In this document: positions 63,851 through 64,000 of the stretch, in pieces
How the letters are laid out: each line of letters starts with the position of its first letter
Position numbering within the stretch: the first letter of the stretch is position 1
Assembly: GCA_963724765.1 (NCBI GenBank)
Contig: CAVRVY010000003.1
Span: 192,001-256,000 of the forward strand
DNA: 64,000 nt
Source of the DNA: an uncultured delta proteobacterium
Lineage (GTDB): Bacteria > Desulfobacterota > Binatia > Binatales > Binataceae
Direction: 5' to 3'
Notes under the pieces: model-generated
Told to the model about the DNA's origin: nothing
Seen by the model: only the letters and a program-made list of their open reading frames with translations
Databases searched by the model: none
Translations under genes and position numbers: made by a program

Positions 63851-64000
63851 CGGAAGTGCCGTACGAAGGCTAGCTTGCCCGCGCAAGCCAGGGCAAGCTC
63901 AACCGCAATCAGCAAAGGATGAGACCGAGGAAGCGACGCATAGGAAAGGCATCAGCGCTTCCTCGCTCGACCCCCACCTCAATCCTCTCCCAAGACGACC

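Noticed and set aside
59147-63922. Long plus-strand ORFs (59147-60703, 62489-63922) and similar ones over 52-58 kb
   Set aside because: They are antisense shadows of well-supported GC-rich genes.
1-64000. CRISPR array or cas genes
   Set aside because: No regularly spaced repeat-spacer array or cas motif was seen.
63960-64000. REP-like C-rich half-palindrome
   Set aside because: It is cut by the window edge and no second arm is visible.

Overview
This window is a decaying genomic island (about 1 to 51,681) ending at the 3' end of a tRNA-Ser(GGA) gene (51682-51773, minus strand). About 12 kb of intact, visibly more GC-rich backbone follows: four tandem GT-C-like membrane paralogues, a SAM methyltransferase, a GT39-like glycosyltransferase, HU, ppx/gppA and trmFO. 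The island cargo is: pstB and an internally deleted pstS; an arsR-arsI-arsM cluster; a cysteine-rich ECF sigma/anti-sigma module; an uncharacterised cluster (lipoprotein, helical partner, two patatins, lysozyme-like PG-binding enzyme, multi-TM proteins); a probable CxxU selenoprotein with a FAD oxidase; two DUF2924 + large serine recombinase modules; and many IS481-like, IS3, IS1380 and IS110/IS1111 elements and gene fragments. The clearest sequence-level finding is that two IS110-family elements carry readable bridge-RNA guide segments matching the sites they occupy. One is programmed to the terminal repeat of the IS481-like family abundant in this window, the other to an IS1380 transposase gene. 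All functional calls come from recognising motifs by eye; no database search was run.
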